DNA of 51,448 nucleotides from an uncultured Bacillales bacterium (GTDB lineage Bacteria; Bacillota_I; Bacilli_A; RF39; UBA660): NCBI GenBank assembly GCA_946615975.1, contig CAMOID010000003.1, positions 1 to 51,448 of the forward strand, read 5' to 3'. Shown piece by piece: positions 42,408 to 51,448 of this stretch (position 1 is its first letter; each line of letters starts with the position of its first letter). The notes under the pieces were generated by a model. It saw only the letters and a program-made list of their open reading frames with translations, ran no database searches and was not told where the DNA came from. The position numbers and the translations under genes were made by a program.

Positions 42408-43940
42408 ATGGAATTAAAAAATATATTAGATCAATATAAAATAAACTATAGTATGTATGGAAATGATATGGCTAAAGTAGATATTATGAATAAACCTAAA
42501 GGTAAAATAATATTAGTAACAGCTACAAATCCTACTAAATATGGTGAAGGAAAAACCACAGTAGCAATAGGATTAAATGATGCTTTTAAAAAGTTAGGGT
42601 ATAACTCAATTGCTTCTTTAAGAGAACCATCCATGGGACCTGTATTTGGTGTTAAAGGTGGAGCTACAGGTGGAGGTAAAGCTGTAATAGTACCTGAAGA
42701 TAAAATCAATTTACATTTTACTGGTGATTTTCATGCTATTACTTCAGCAAATAATTTGATATGTGCACTTATTGATAATCATATATATCAAGGTAATGAA
42801 TTAGATATACAAAATGTAGTATTTAATAGATGTTTAGATATGAATGATCGTGCATTAAGAAATATTACTATTAAAGATAAGCGATATGAAAGAGAAGAAA
42901 TCTTTAATATAACTGCTGCGTCTGAAATTATGGGAGTATTTTGCTTAGCTAAAGATATGGATGATTTAAGAAGTAGAATAAGTGATATTATAATAGGATA
43001 TAATTCTAAAAATGAAGAAATATATGTTAAAGATTTAAAATGTGTAGAAGCAGTTATTGCTTTATTATTAGATGCTATAAAACCTAATGCAGTTAAATCT
43101 TTAGAAGATAATTTGGTACTAGTTCATGGAGGTCCATTTGCTAATATTGCACATGGATGTTCGTCACTTATATCTTTAAATACCGCAAGATCAATTTCAG
43201 ACTATGTTATCACTGAAGCAGGATTTGGATCAGATGCAGGAGCAACAAAGTTTTTAGATATATTATCAAGAAATAATTTTGATGAAATATATGCAACTGT
43301 ATTAATTACAACTATAAGAGCATTAAAACTAAATGGAGATGGAAATTTAGAAAAAGGTATAAGTAATCTTCAAGCTCATATTGATATATTAAAAGCATTT
43401 AATATTAATCTTGTTGTTACACTTAATAAATTTGAAGAAGACACTAAAGATGAAATTAAATATGTTAAAGAATATGTTGAAAAACAAAATATTAAATTTG
43501 CTATAAATGAAGTATATTTAAAAGGATCTAAAGGTGGTATAGACTTAGCTAATAAAATATTAGAATTTGAAGATAATAGTAAGATTAATTATTTATATGA
43601 TTTAAATGATAATTTAGAAGATAAGATTTCTAAATATCTTTCTAATATTGGCTGCATTAAATATAATGCATCAGATGAAGTGAAAGAAAAAATAAAAGAA
43701 TTTAATAAATATAAATATCCAATATGTGTTGCTAAAACACAATATAGTATTTCGGATGATCCTAAAAAGTTAGGATATCCAAAGGACTATGAAGTAACCA
43801 TAAGAGATATAAAAGTAAACAATGGTTCTAAATTTATAGTTATATATTTAGGTGATATTATTACGATGCCTGGATTATCCAAAAATCCATCAGCATTAGA
43901 AATAAAGATTAAAAATGATGTTATATATTTACCTAGATAA
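42408..43940 (+). CDS. fhs: Formate--tetrahydrofolate ligase (short form)
   Basis: TATNPTKYGEGKTT, LREPSMGPVFGVKGGATGGG, INLHFTGDFHAIT, HGGPFANIAHGC, TEAGFGSDAGATKF, AKTQYSISD, MPGLSKNP. Start ATG 42408 lies behind AAGAGGTGA. Confidence 0.88.
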   Translation: MELKNILDQYKINYSMYGNDMAKVDIMNKPKGKIILVTATNPTKYGEGKTTVAIGLNDAFKKLGYNSIASLREPSMGPVFGVKGGATGGGKAVIVPEDKINLHFTGDFHAITSANNLICALIDNHIYQGNELDIQNVVFNRCLDMNDRALRNITIKDKRYEREEIFNITAASEIMGVFCLAKDMDDLRSRISDIIIGYNSKNEEIYVKDLKCVEAVIALLLDAIKPNAVKSLEDNLVLVHGGPFANIAHGCSSLISLNTARSISDYVITEAGFGSDAGATKFLDILSRNNFDEIYATVLITTIRALKLNGDGNLEKGISNLQAHIDILKAFNINLVVTLNKFEEDTKDEIKYVKEYVEKQNIKFAINEVYLKGSKGGIDLANKILEFEDNSKINYLYDLNDNLEDKISKYLSNIGCIKYNASDEVKEKIKEFNKYKYPICVAKTQYSISDDPKKLGYPKDYEVTIRDIKVNNGSKFIVIYLGDIITMPGLSKNPSALEIKIKNDVIYLPR

Positions 43941-43970
43941 TATGCTATAATTATAAAAGGAGGTAATTAT

Positions 43971-45248
43971 ATGACTGAAGAAGAAGTAAAGTATTATTCA
44001 GTAACTCAGTATAACAAAGCTATTAAGAATTATCTTGATGAAATTGATGCACTTCGCGATGTTCATATTAAGGGTGAAATAAGTAATTACCGTGGAGCTA
44101 CAAGAGGACATTTATACTTCACATTGAAGGATGAAACATCAAGAATAAATGTAGTAATGTTTTCAACTGCTGCTGCTAAACTTGAATTTGTTCCTAAAGA
44201 TGGTGATGAAGTTTTAATAGATGGTAGAATAACAGTCTATGAAGCTAATGGTGGATATCAAGTATATGCAGAAAAGATGACTCTTGCAGGAAATGGAGAT
44301 TTATTAAAGAAACTTGAAGAATTAAAAAAGAAATTACAAGCTGAAGGTTTATTTGATGAATCACATAAAAGACCTATACCTAAATATCCTGAAAGAATTG
44401 GTATAGTAACTGCTCCTAATAAAGCTGCTATAAAAGATATTTTAAGTACTATTAAAAGAAGATATCCTTTATGTGAAACAATTTTATTCCCAGCTTTAGT
44501 TCAAGGAGATTTAGCTAAAGAAAGTATTGTTAAACAAATAGAAGAAGCAAATGATCCTAAATATAATTTAGATACACTTATTGTTGGAAGAGGTGGAGGA
44601 TCAATTGAAGATCTATGGGCATTCAATGAAGAAATAGTTGCAAGAGCAATTTATAATTCAAGAGTACCTGTTATATCTGCTGTAGGTCATGAAATAGATT
44701 TTACTATTGCTGACTTTGTTGCTGATTTAAGAGCACCAACTCCTACAGGAGCTGCTGAAATGGCTGTACCTAACTTAGCTGATTTATTAAATACAATTAG
44801 TCAATACAAGATAAGATTAAATAATAATATAACTGGAAGTATTTCATATTTAAAAGATATGTTAAAGAAATTAAGTACTAGTTATGTTTTATCTAATCCA
44901 CTTGCTACTTTTGAAATAAGAGAACAAAAATTAGATGAATTAGTTAATAGATTAAATACTAATTTATTACATAAGTTAGATGTATCAAAAAATAGATTTG
45001 ATAGTATAAAAACTAAAAGAGTATTATTACATCCTGAAGATATGTTAATTAAATATAATAATTCAATGGAATTAGTAATAAATAAACTAGAATTATTAAA
45101 TCCATTAAATGTATTAAAGAAAGGTTATTCAGTTACTAAAGTAAATGACAAACCTTTAAAATCAATCAAGGATGTTAAAGAAAAAGATAAATTAAATATT
45201 AAAATAATTGATGGTGAAATAGACGCTATCGTTGAAGGAGTGAAATAA
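43971..45248 (+). CDS. xseA: Exodeoxyribonuclease VII large subunit
   Basis: N-terminal OB fold (VHIKGEISNYRGATRGHLYFTLKDE), IGIVTAP, RGGGSIEDLWAFNEE, SAVGHEIDFTIADFVAD. Confidence 0.92.
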   Translation: MTEEEVKYYSVTQYNKAIKNYLDEIDALRDVHIKGEISNYRGATRGHLYFTLKDETSRINVVMFSTAAAKLEFVPKDGDEVLIDGRITVYEANGGYQVYAEKMTLAGNGDLLKKLEELKKKLQAEGLFDESHKRPIPKYPERIGIVTAPNKAAIKDILSTIKRRYPLCETILFPALVQGDLAKESIVKQIEEANDPKYNLDTLIVGRGGGSIEDLWAFNEEIVARAIYNSRVPVISAVGHEIDFTIADFVADLRAPTPTGAAEMAVPNLADLLNTISQYKIRLNNNITGSISYLKDMLKKLSTSYVLSNPLATFEIREQKLDELVNRLNTNLLHKLDVSKNRFDSIKTKRVLLHPEDMLIKYNNSMELVINKLELLNPLNVLKKGYSVTKVNDKPLKSIKDVKEKDKLNIKIIDGEIDAIVEGVK

Positions 45249-45249
45249 A

Positions 45250-45480
45250 ATGGCTAAAACTGAAGAAAAGAAATTCGAAGAATTAATGAATGAATTAGAT
45301 GAAATAGTTAAAGATTTAGAAAGTGGTAATTCTGATTTAGAAGAATCAATCAAAAAATACACTGAAGCTATGAAAATAGTTAAACTTTGTAATGAAAAAT
45401 TAGAAAACGCTACTGAAGCTGTTAATAAAATATTAAATGAAAATGGAGAATTATCTGATTATAAAATTGAAGAAGAATAA
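45250..45480 (+). CDS. xseB: Exodeoxyribonuclease VII small subunit
   Basis: 76 aa. FEELMNELDEIVKDLESGNSDLEESIKKYTEAMKIVKLC is the XseB pattern. The gene is adjacent to xseA. Confidence 0.9.
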   Translation: MAKTEEKKFEELMNELDEIVKDLESGNSDLEESIKKYTEAMKIVKLCNEKLENATEAVNKILNENGELSDYKIEEE

Positions 45481-45496
45481 TTCTTAAGGTTTAATC

Positions 45497-46222
45497 ATGA
45501 AAAGAAGAAAAAAACAAGTAAGTGAAAATATCTTAAAAAGATTAGCTATATTAATATTATTGGTAATAGTTATTTCTTTAAGTTTTATATGTATTGGGGT
45601 AATTAGAATTAATCATCTTAATCATGAAAGTATTAAAGAATTTAATAGAAATAGAAATTATTTTGATGTAGTTAAAGAAGTAGATAATCATTTAGAAGTA
45701 GATACTTCTAAATTTGGTAATTTAATAGATATAGAAGTAAATGAAAATAGTACTAGATTATATGATATATGTCATGAGAGTTGTAATTTAAGAATTAACT
45801 TTGGTGGAATAGACTATTATTATTTTGTTAATAAAAATTATTCAAATAGTTATTATTATTTAACAATAGTTAAAGATAATAAAGCTATTGTCTATAATAG
45901 AGATTTAGGTAATAGTATAGTTAACTTACAATTAATACATTATATGGGATATATAACTTTATATAATACTATATCAACAGATGAATTATCATATGACTAT
46001 GATTATGCATTAGTGGTTGATTCAAATCTTAATAAAGATGAATTTAGTTCTTTATATTCAAGAGAAATGAGTTTCACTAATGAAGGAATAATCTATTATT
46101 ATGATATATGTGAAAGTGGTAAAGCATATAAGATAAAAGCTATTAGAAAACCTTTTGAAGAAAATGCTAAATTTATTGAAAAAATAGATGCAGATTATGA
46201 ATGGTGTAATAGTGTAAAGTAG
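45497..46222 (+). CDS. Hypothetical N-terminally anchored protein
   Basis: One TM helix after a basic N-terminus. Asn/Tyr-rich ectodomain with no recognisable motif. Confidence 0.45.
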   Translation: MKRRKKQVSENILKRLAILILLVIVISLSFICIGVIRINHLNHESIKEFNRNRNYFDVVKEVDNHLEVDTSKFGNLIDIEVNENSTRLYDICHESCNLRINFGGIDYYYFVNKNYSNSYYYLTIVKDNKAIVYNRDLGNSIVNLQLIHYMGYITLYNTISTDELSYDYDYALVVDSNLNKDEFSSLYSREMSFTNEGIIYYYDICESGKAYKIKAIRKPFEENAKFIEKIDADYEWCNSVK

Positions 46223-46245
46223 AACCTTTAAAAGGTTCTTTTTTA
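46221..46245 (+). terminator. Rho-independent terminator
   Basis: AGAACCTT / AAGGTTCT, loop TAAA, then a T-run. Confidence 0.8.
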
Positions 46246-46299
46246 ATTTAAATATATACTTTTATATTATAATATAAGTAAGAATAGGAGTATGATGAC

Positions 46300-46656
46300 A
46301 TGGATACTAATATATTGACATCAGCTGGTATAGATGTAAATGCTGGATTAGAATTATTAGGCGATATGGAAATGTACAATGATACATTAAAAGATTTCTT
46401 AACAGAATCTGAAACAAGGCTACCAAATCTTATTCAATATTACAATTCAGGGGATATGGAAAATTATGGTATACTTGCACACGCTATGAAAAGTGATTCT
46501 AAGTATTTAGGATTTACTCAATTAGCTCAAATGTCATATGATCATGAAATGGCTGGAAAAGAAAATAATAAAGCATTTGCTGATCAACATATAAGAGAAT
46601 TATTAGCTGAAGCTAATAGAATCATTGGAGTAGTAAAACAATATTTAGGAATGTAG
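46300..46656 (+). CDS. Stand-alone Hpt (histidine phosphotransfer) domain protein
   Basis: 118 aa. HAMKSDSKYLG matches the Hpt HxxKGxxxxxG region, set in a four-helix-bundle-sized protein. Confidence 0.65.
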   Translation: MDTNILTSAGIDVNAGLELLGDMEMYNDTLKDFLTESETRLPNLIQYYNSGDMENYGILAHAMKSDSKYLGFTQLAQMSYDHEMAGKENNKAFADQHIRELLAEANRIIGVVKQYLGM

Positions 46657-46666
46657 GTGTAATGAT

Positions 46667-47377
46667 ATGGATTTTAGTTCCGTAGTTGAAAAATTACCTG
46701 TATATGTTTCTAGTTTAGTAGATGATATTTATATTGTTTCAGAAAGTAAAAATGAATTCTATAATGTTAAATATAATGGAAATGAAATTAATGTAAGTAA
46801 GAAATTTGATTTCAATGAAATTGAAAAATATGTTAATAAAGATATACTAACAAAAGAAGGAAAAAGGGTAATAAATAATAAATTATATACAGTTACAAAT
46901 GATGGAGAATATAAAGTAGTATTTGTAACAAATGTAGAAGTTGAAGAAGAAGAAAAGAATGAAGAAGAGGATACAGTTGAATTAGATGATCGTGATATTC
47001 TAATTATTGCTGATGATTCGCCTGTAATTACAAAATTCTTTAATAAAATATTTGATCAAGATTATAATGTTTTTGTTGCTACTAATGGTAAAGAAGCAAT
47101 TGACTTAGTTAAGAAATATAAAGATAAACAATTAGTTGGATGTTTCTTTGACTTACAAATGCCAGGTACAGATGGTTATTATGCTTTAGATTATTTTAAA
47201 CAAAATAATTTATTTAAAGATATACCAGTTAGTATTATATCTGGTGAAGAAGATTCAAATGCAATTGCAAATGTAACAGAAAATTATAATATTATTGATA
47301 TGTTACAAAAACCATTTGGAGTAGAAGCTGCTAAATCTATAGTAAGCAAGACTATTTCATTTAGTCCAAAAAAATAA
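46667..47377 (+). CDS. Response-regulator receiver protein with an uncharacterised ~110-aa N-terminal domain and no output domain
   Basis: C-terminal REC domain: ILIIADDSP (acidic pair), FFDLQMPGTDG (phospho-acceptor Asp), SIISGEED, LQKPF (Lys). Confidence 0.75.
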   Translation: MDFSSVVEKLPVYVSSLVDDIYIVSESKNEFYNVKYNGNEINVSKKFDFNEIEKYVNKDILTKEGKRVINNKLYTVTNDGEYKVVFVTNVEVEEEEKNEEEDTVELDDRDILIIADDSPVITKFFNKIFDQDYNVFVATNGKEAIDLVKKYKDKQLVGCFFDLQMPGTDGYYALDYFKQNNLFKDIPVSIISGEEDSNAIANVTENYNIIDMLQKPFGVEAAKSIVSKTISFSPKK

Positions 47378-47403
47378 AAAGGTACTTTAAAATACCTTTT
47401 TTA
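47377..47403 (+). terminator. Rho-independent terminator
   Basis: AAAAGGTA / TACCTTTT with an 8-nt loop and a T-run. Confidence 0.6.
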
Positions 47404-47435
47404 TTTGATAATATATTAAAGCCGAGGTGATAAGC

Positions 47436-48623
47436 ATGAAGAAGCTTATAATTATAAAATATGGAGAATTAACTACTAAGAAAGATAATATTAATTTCTT
47501 CATTAAAACATTAAAGAATAATTTAGAAGAAACATTATCTAATTATAAATGTGATATTTCTTATGATAAGGGTAGAATGTTTATTGAATCAGATGATGAT
47601 TTAGAAATTATTAAAGATAAAGTAAAAAATACATTTGGTATTCATGAAATTAATATAGCTTATAAATTAGATAATACTAACTTTGATAATATTGCTTCAT
47701 CATTATTAACTTTAATAGAAGATAAACAATTTGATACTTTTAAAGTTGAAACAAAAAGAAGTAATAAAAACTATCCTATGGATAGTATGGAAATATCTAG
47801 AAAATTAGGTGGAGTAGTTTTAAAGAATAAAGATGGAGTAAAAGTAGATGTTCATAATCCTGAAGTATTAATAAATGTTGAAATAAGATTTGATGCTGCA
47901 TTTATTTACTTTGAAAAAGAAAAAGGATTAGGTGGATATCCAGTTGGTACTTTAGGTAAGGGTTTATTAATGTTATCAGGTGGTATTGATTCACCAGTAG
48001 CAGGATATATGGCTTTAAAAAGAGGAGTTAGATTAGAAGCAATTTATTTTGATGCACCTCCTCATACTTCAGAAGCTGCTAAAAATAAAGTTATTAATTT
48101 AGCTAAAAAATTAGCTGATTATTCTGGATATGTTAAATTACATGTTATTAATTTTACTGAAGTAGAAGAAAATATTTTAAAGAATTGTCCTAGAGATTAT
48201 TTAATTACTATCATGAGAAGAATGATGTATAGAATAAGTGAAACAATTGCAATTAGAAATAATTGTAAGTGTTTAGTAAATGGAGAATCAATTGGTCAAG
48301 TTGCTTCTCAAACATTAACAAGTATGTCTGCTATAGGTAGAGTTGTAAAACTTCCTGTTATTAGACCTGTTGCATGTTTAGATAAATTAGATATTATTGA
48401 TATAGCTGAAAAAATAAATACATATGATATTTCAATTGAACCATATGAAGATTGTTGTACTATCTTTGTTCCAGATCATCCAGTTATTAATCCTGAAGTA
48501 GAATTATGTGAAGAATATGAAAAAAACTTCAACTGGCAAGATATGATTAAAAAATGTATTGAAGAAGAAACAGTTATTAAGATAGAAAATAAGATAAGTG
48601 AAGAACATTCAAGTATATTGTAA
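47436..48623 (+). CDS. thiI: tRNA 4-thiouridine(8) synthase ThiI (no rhodanese domain)
   Basis: YGELTTK, a THUMP region, and the PP-loop LSGGIDSPVA. Start ATG 47436 lies behind GAGGTGA. Confidence 0.9.
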   Translation: MKKLIIIKYGELTTKKDNINFFIKTLKNNLEETLSNYKCDISYDKGRMFIESDDDLEIIKDKVKNTFGIHEINIAYKLDNTNFDNIASSLLTLIEDKQFDTFKVETKRSNKNYPMDSMEISRKLGGVVLKNKDGVKVDVHNPEVLINVEIRFDAAFIYFEKEKGLGGYPVGTLGKGLLMLSGGIDSPVAGYMALKRGVRLEAIYFDAPPHTSEAAKNKVINLAKKLADYSGYVKLHVINFTEVEENILKNCPRDYLITIMRRMMYRISETIAIRNNCKCLVNGESIGQVASQTLTSMSAIGRVVKLPVIRPVACLDKLDIIDIAEKINTYDISIEPYEDCCTIFVPDHPVINPEVELCEEYEKNFNWQDMIKKCIEEETVIKIENKISEEHSSIL

Positions 48624-48664
48624 TATTAAGTAATATTTAATATAATTATAATAGGTGAAGATAT

Positions 48665-49177
48665 ATGAATAAAAAGTTGGTTATAGTATGGGTTAGTGTT
48701 ATAGTTGCTTTTATATTAATTGGTATATATGGTTTATCTAATGTTGATAGATTAGTTGAAGATGGAGCAGGAGGACAAATATTCTTAGGCTCTGATGAAC
48801 ATTTAAGAAAATGTACATATAATACGCAAAAAGCAAATATTACATATAATTTTATAGTTGGCGAAAATAATAAAAATATAAGTAGAATGGTAATTACTTA
48901 TAAAACTAATAAAGCTGATCCTGATAGATTTAAATTTGCTAAATCTATAAGTGATGCTCAAGTTACAGGTGTAAGTTCTACAAGTAAAGGACAAACTGAT
49001 AATTTCACATTAACTATGAATGTTGATATGATGACTTATACAGGTGAAGAATCAACTATTAGTACTAATTTAGTATCTATGGATATATTATTAGAAAAGA
49101 TAGCTAACTATGATACATATATTTTAGATTTAAGTAAGACTTATTCAGATGATATTAAAAATTTAGCTTGTTCATAA
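48665..49177 (+). CDS. Hypothetical N-terminally anchored protein
   Basis: One TM helix, then a ~140-aa domain. A terminator follows. Confidence 0.45.
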   Translation: MNKKLVIVWVSVIVAFILIGIYGLSNVDRLVEDGAGGQIFLGSDEHLRKCTYNTQKANITYNFIVGENNKNISRMVITYKTNKADPDRFKFAKSISDAQVTGVSSTSKGQTDNFTLTMNVDMMTYTGEESTISTNLVSMDILLEKIANYDTYILDLSKTYSDDIKNLACS

Positions 49178-49201
49178 AAGATGCAATTTTGCATCTTTTT
49201 T
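49176..49201 (+). terminator. Rho-independent terminator
   Basis: AAAAGATGC / GCATCTTTT, loop AATTTT. Confidence 0.8.
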
Positions 49202-49254
49202 GTTTAATACTAATATTTTATTTGATATAATTAAATACGAGGTGAAAAGGAATA

Positions 49255-50433
49255 ATGAAAATTTTAACAATCAACGCAGGATCTTCATCAATGAAGTTTT
49301 CTGTAATGGAAATACCTGAAAACAAAGAATTAGTTAATGGTTACTTCCAAAGAATTGGTTTAGACGGATCTTTCTATGACGTTAAAATCAATGGAGAAAA
49401 ATTACATAGAGATGTAGTTTTAACAAATCACTTAGAAGCACTTGAATGTGTTAAGAAAGAATTAGTAGAATTAAATGTAGTTGCATCATTAGATGAAATT
49501 GATGCAGTTGGACACAGATTAGTTCATGGTGGAGAAGAATTTAAGAATTCTACATTAATTACTGATGAAGTAATTGAAGCATGTAAGAAATTTACTAAAT
49601 TAGCTCCATTACATAATCCAGCAATGCTTGCTTGTATTGAAGCATCTAAAGAAGCATTCCCTGGAACTCCAATGGTTGCTGTATTTGATACATCATTCCA
49701 TCAATCAATGGAAGCTTATAACTACTTATATCCAGTACCATATGAATGGTATGAAAAATATGGAGTAAGAAAATATGGTTTCCATGGAACTTCTCACAAA
49801 TTTATCAATAGAGAAATTACTGCTAAATTTGGTAGAGATGATTTAAAAGTTATTTCATGTCATATTGGATCAGGAGCATCTATTTGTGCTATTAACGCTG
49901 GTAAAGTAGTTGATACATCTATGGGATTCTCACCAATGACTGGTATTATGATGGGAACTCGTCCTGGTGATGTTGATCCATCTATAGTTCCTTATATGAT
50001 GGATGAAGCAGGAATGACTTTAGATGAAGTTATGACTCAATTAAATAAACATTCAGGATATGAAGGTGTATGTGGAAAATCAGATTCAAGAGATGTTGAA
50101 GATGGTATTAAAGCTGGAGATGAAAAATGTGCTTTAGCTCAAAAAATGTATGTTCAAAGAATTGCTAACTATATTGCTATGTACAACAATGAACTTAATG
50201 GAGCAGATGTTATCGTATTAACAGCTGGTGTAGGAGAAAACTCTAAGAATACAAGAATGGAAATTGGAGAAGCTATTAAATCTTTAGGTGTTAAGATTGA
50301 TGCTGAAAAGAATGATTTCCGTGGAGAATTTAGAGAAATCTCAACTGATGATTCAAAGATTCCAGTATATGTTGTTCCAACTAATGAAGAATTAATGATT
50401 GCATTAGATACATATGAAATTGTAAATAAATAA
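49255..50433 (+). CDS. ackA: Acetate kinase
   Basis: ILTINAGSSSMKFS, GHRLVHGG, APLHNPA, FDTSFHQSM, YGFHGTSH, TNEELMIA. Confidence 0.95.
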   Translation: MKILTINAGSSSMKFSVMEIPENKELVNGYFQRIGLDGSFYDVKINGEKLHRDVVLTNHLEALECVKKELVELNVVASLDEIDAVGHRLVHGGEEFKNSTLITDEVIEACKKFTKLAPLHNPAMLACIEASKEAFPGTPMVAVFDTSFHQSMEAYNYLYPVPYEWYEKYGVRKYGFHGTSHKFINREITAKFGRDDLKVISCHIGSGASICAINAGKVVDTSMGFSPMTGIMMGTRPGDVDPSIVPYMMDEAGMTLDEVMTQLNKHSGYEGVCGKSDSRDVEDGIKAGDEKCALAQKMYVQRIANYIAMYNNELNGADVIVLTAGVGENSKNTRMEIGEAIKSLGVKIDAEKNDFRGEFREISTDDSKIPVYVVPTNEELMIALDTYEIVNK

Positions 50434-50459
50434 TAAAGAATAGTTAGGTTGTGATATGT

Positions 50460-51416
50460 ATGTTCAAAAATATACATAAACAAATTTTAAAGAAAATTAA
50501 AGAGTATGATGAAATAGTAATCGCTAGACATGTTGGTCCAGATCCAGATGCTATTTCATCTGAAATTGCTCTTAGAGATTTAATTAAATTAAACTTTCCT
50601 AATAAGAAAGTATATGCTGTAGGAAATGAAGTTTCTAGATTTAGATATTTCGGCAACTTAGATAAGATATCTTCATCAGAACTATCAAATAATACTTTAA
50701 TGATAATAGTAGATGTTCCTAAATTTGATCGTGTAGATTACATGAAAAAAGAAGGATTTGCATATACTATAAAAATAGATCATCATCCATGTGATGAAAA
50801 AGTATGTGATTTAGAATTAGTTGATGAAACTGCAGCAAGTGCTACTCAATTAATAACAGAATTTGTATATGAGAATAAATTAAAATTAAATAAAGAAATA
50901 GCATCTAATTTATTTTTAGGTATTGTATCAGATTCAGATAGATTCTTATTATCTTATACAACTCCTAAAACATTATTGTTAGTTTCTAAGTTATTAGCGG
51001 ATTATAAATTTGATTTAATGCCTTTATATAATAACTTATATGAAAGACCAATAGATGAAAGAAAATTTGAATCATATATTATTAATAATATAGATATAAC
51101 TGAAAATGGATTTGGTTCTATAATATTAGATAATAAAATATTTAAATTATTTAATGTTGATTCAGCAACAGCATCTAATATGGTAAATGATTTTAATTTT
51201 ATTAAAGAATTGAAAGTATGGGCTTTTGCTTCTTGGGATGAAAGAAACAATATTTTTAAGATTAATATAAGAAGTAGAGGAACATGCATTAATGAAGTAG
51301 CTGAAAAGTTTAATGGTGGAGGGCACAAATTTGCAAGTGGTGCCAGATTAAAAACTTTAGAAGAAGTAAAAGAACTATTTAAAGCTTTAGATGAAGTATG
51401 CAAAGAGAATAAATAA
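50460..51416 (+). CDS. nrnA: DHH/DHHA1 phosphoesterase, NrnA-type (oligoribonuclease / pAp phosphatase)
   Basis: ARHVGPDPDAISS, IKIDHHP (DHH motif), GGGHKFASGA (DHHA1 motif). Start ATG 50460 lies behind AGGTTGTGA. Confidence 0.85.
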   Translation: MFKNIHKQILKKIKEYDEIVIARHVGPDPDAISSEIALRDLIKLNFPNKKVYAVGNEVSRFRYFGNLDKISSSELSNNTLMIIVDVPKFDRVDYMKKEGFAYTIKIDHHPCDEKVCDLELVDETAASATQLITEFVYENKLKLNKEIASNLFLGIVSDSDRFLLSYTTPKTLLLVSKLLADYKFDLMPLYNNLYERPIDERKFESYIINNIDITENGFGSIILDNKIFKLFNVDSATASNMVNDFNFIKELKVWAFASWDERNNIFKINIRSRGTCINEVAEKFNGGGHKFASGARLKTLEEVKELFKALDEVCKENK

Positions 51417-51431
51417 TTATTCTCTTTTTTA
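51404..51431 (+). terminator. Rho-independent terminator
   Basis: AGAGAATAA / TTATTCTCT, loop ATAA, then a T-run. Confidence 0.75.
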
Positions 51432-51448
51432 TGTTATAATTTAATGTA

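Noticed and set aside
1-51448. CRISPR arrays, IS elements or transposases, rRNA genes, toxin-antitoxin pairs and recognisable phage-defence genes.
   Set aside because: I saw no regularly spaced direct repeats with unique spacers, no transposase- or integrase-like ORF, and no restriction/modification, Abi, CBASS or similar signature in any frame I read.

Overview
AT-rich chromosomal window that looks like a low-GC Bacillota genome using the standard genetic code (Trp is TGG; TAA, TAG and TGA all act as stops). Only one real gene is on the minus strand. The core genes are: tRNA-Arg(CCU), murE, a Sel1-repeat protein, a DAACS symporter, a small glycan-assembly cluster (O-antigen-ligase-like protein, GT2, GT4, split Alg14/Alg13-type transferase) interrupted by a small alarmone synthetase gene, rpoZ, a P-type Ca2+-ATPase, the L20-leader/infC-rpmI-rplT operon, tdk, tmk, a TVP38/DedA-type protein, rmuC, ftsE-ftsX plus a coiled-coil M23 hydrolase, cdsA, rseP, parE-like topoisomerase subunit B, fhs, xseA/xseB, an Hpt + receiver pair, thiI, ackA and nrnA. 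The main finding is a ~14 kb single-operon block (about 18.4-32.5 kb) that encodes a complete Gram-positive conjugation-type type IV secretion apparatus. It contains a VirB6-like protein, a PrgI/VirB3-like protein, a VirB4 ATPase split into two overlapping ORFs, three peptidoglycan-hydrolase domains on two proteins, two VirB8-candidate anchored proteins, a surface stalk protein, and a VirD4 coupling protein with a long disordered tail. The block has no relaxase, integrase, replication or regulatory gene, and I found no recognisable att repeats. It sits between core genes that run in the same orientation. The block also holds a very GC-rich triplet-repeat tract and several in-frame tandem repeats. 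No CRISPR array, IS element, rRNA or prophage structural gene was seen. All calls come from reading motifs in the supplied translations and sequence by eye; no database search was possible.
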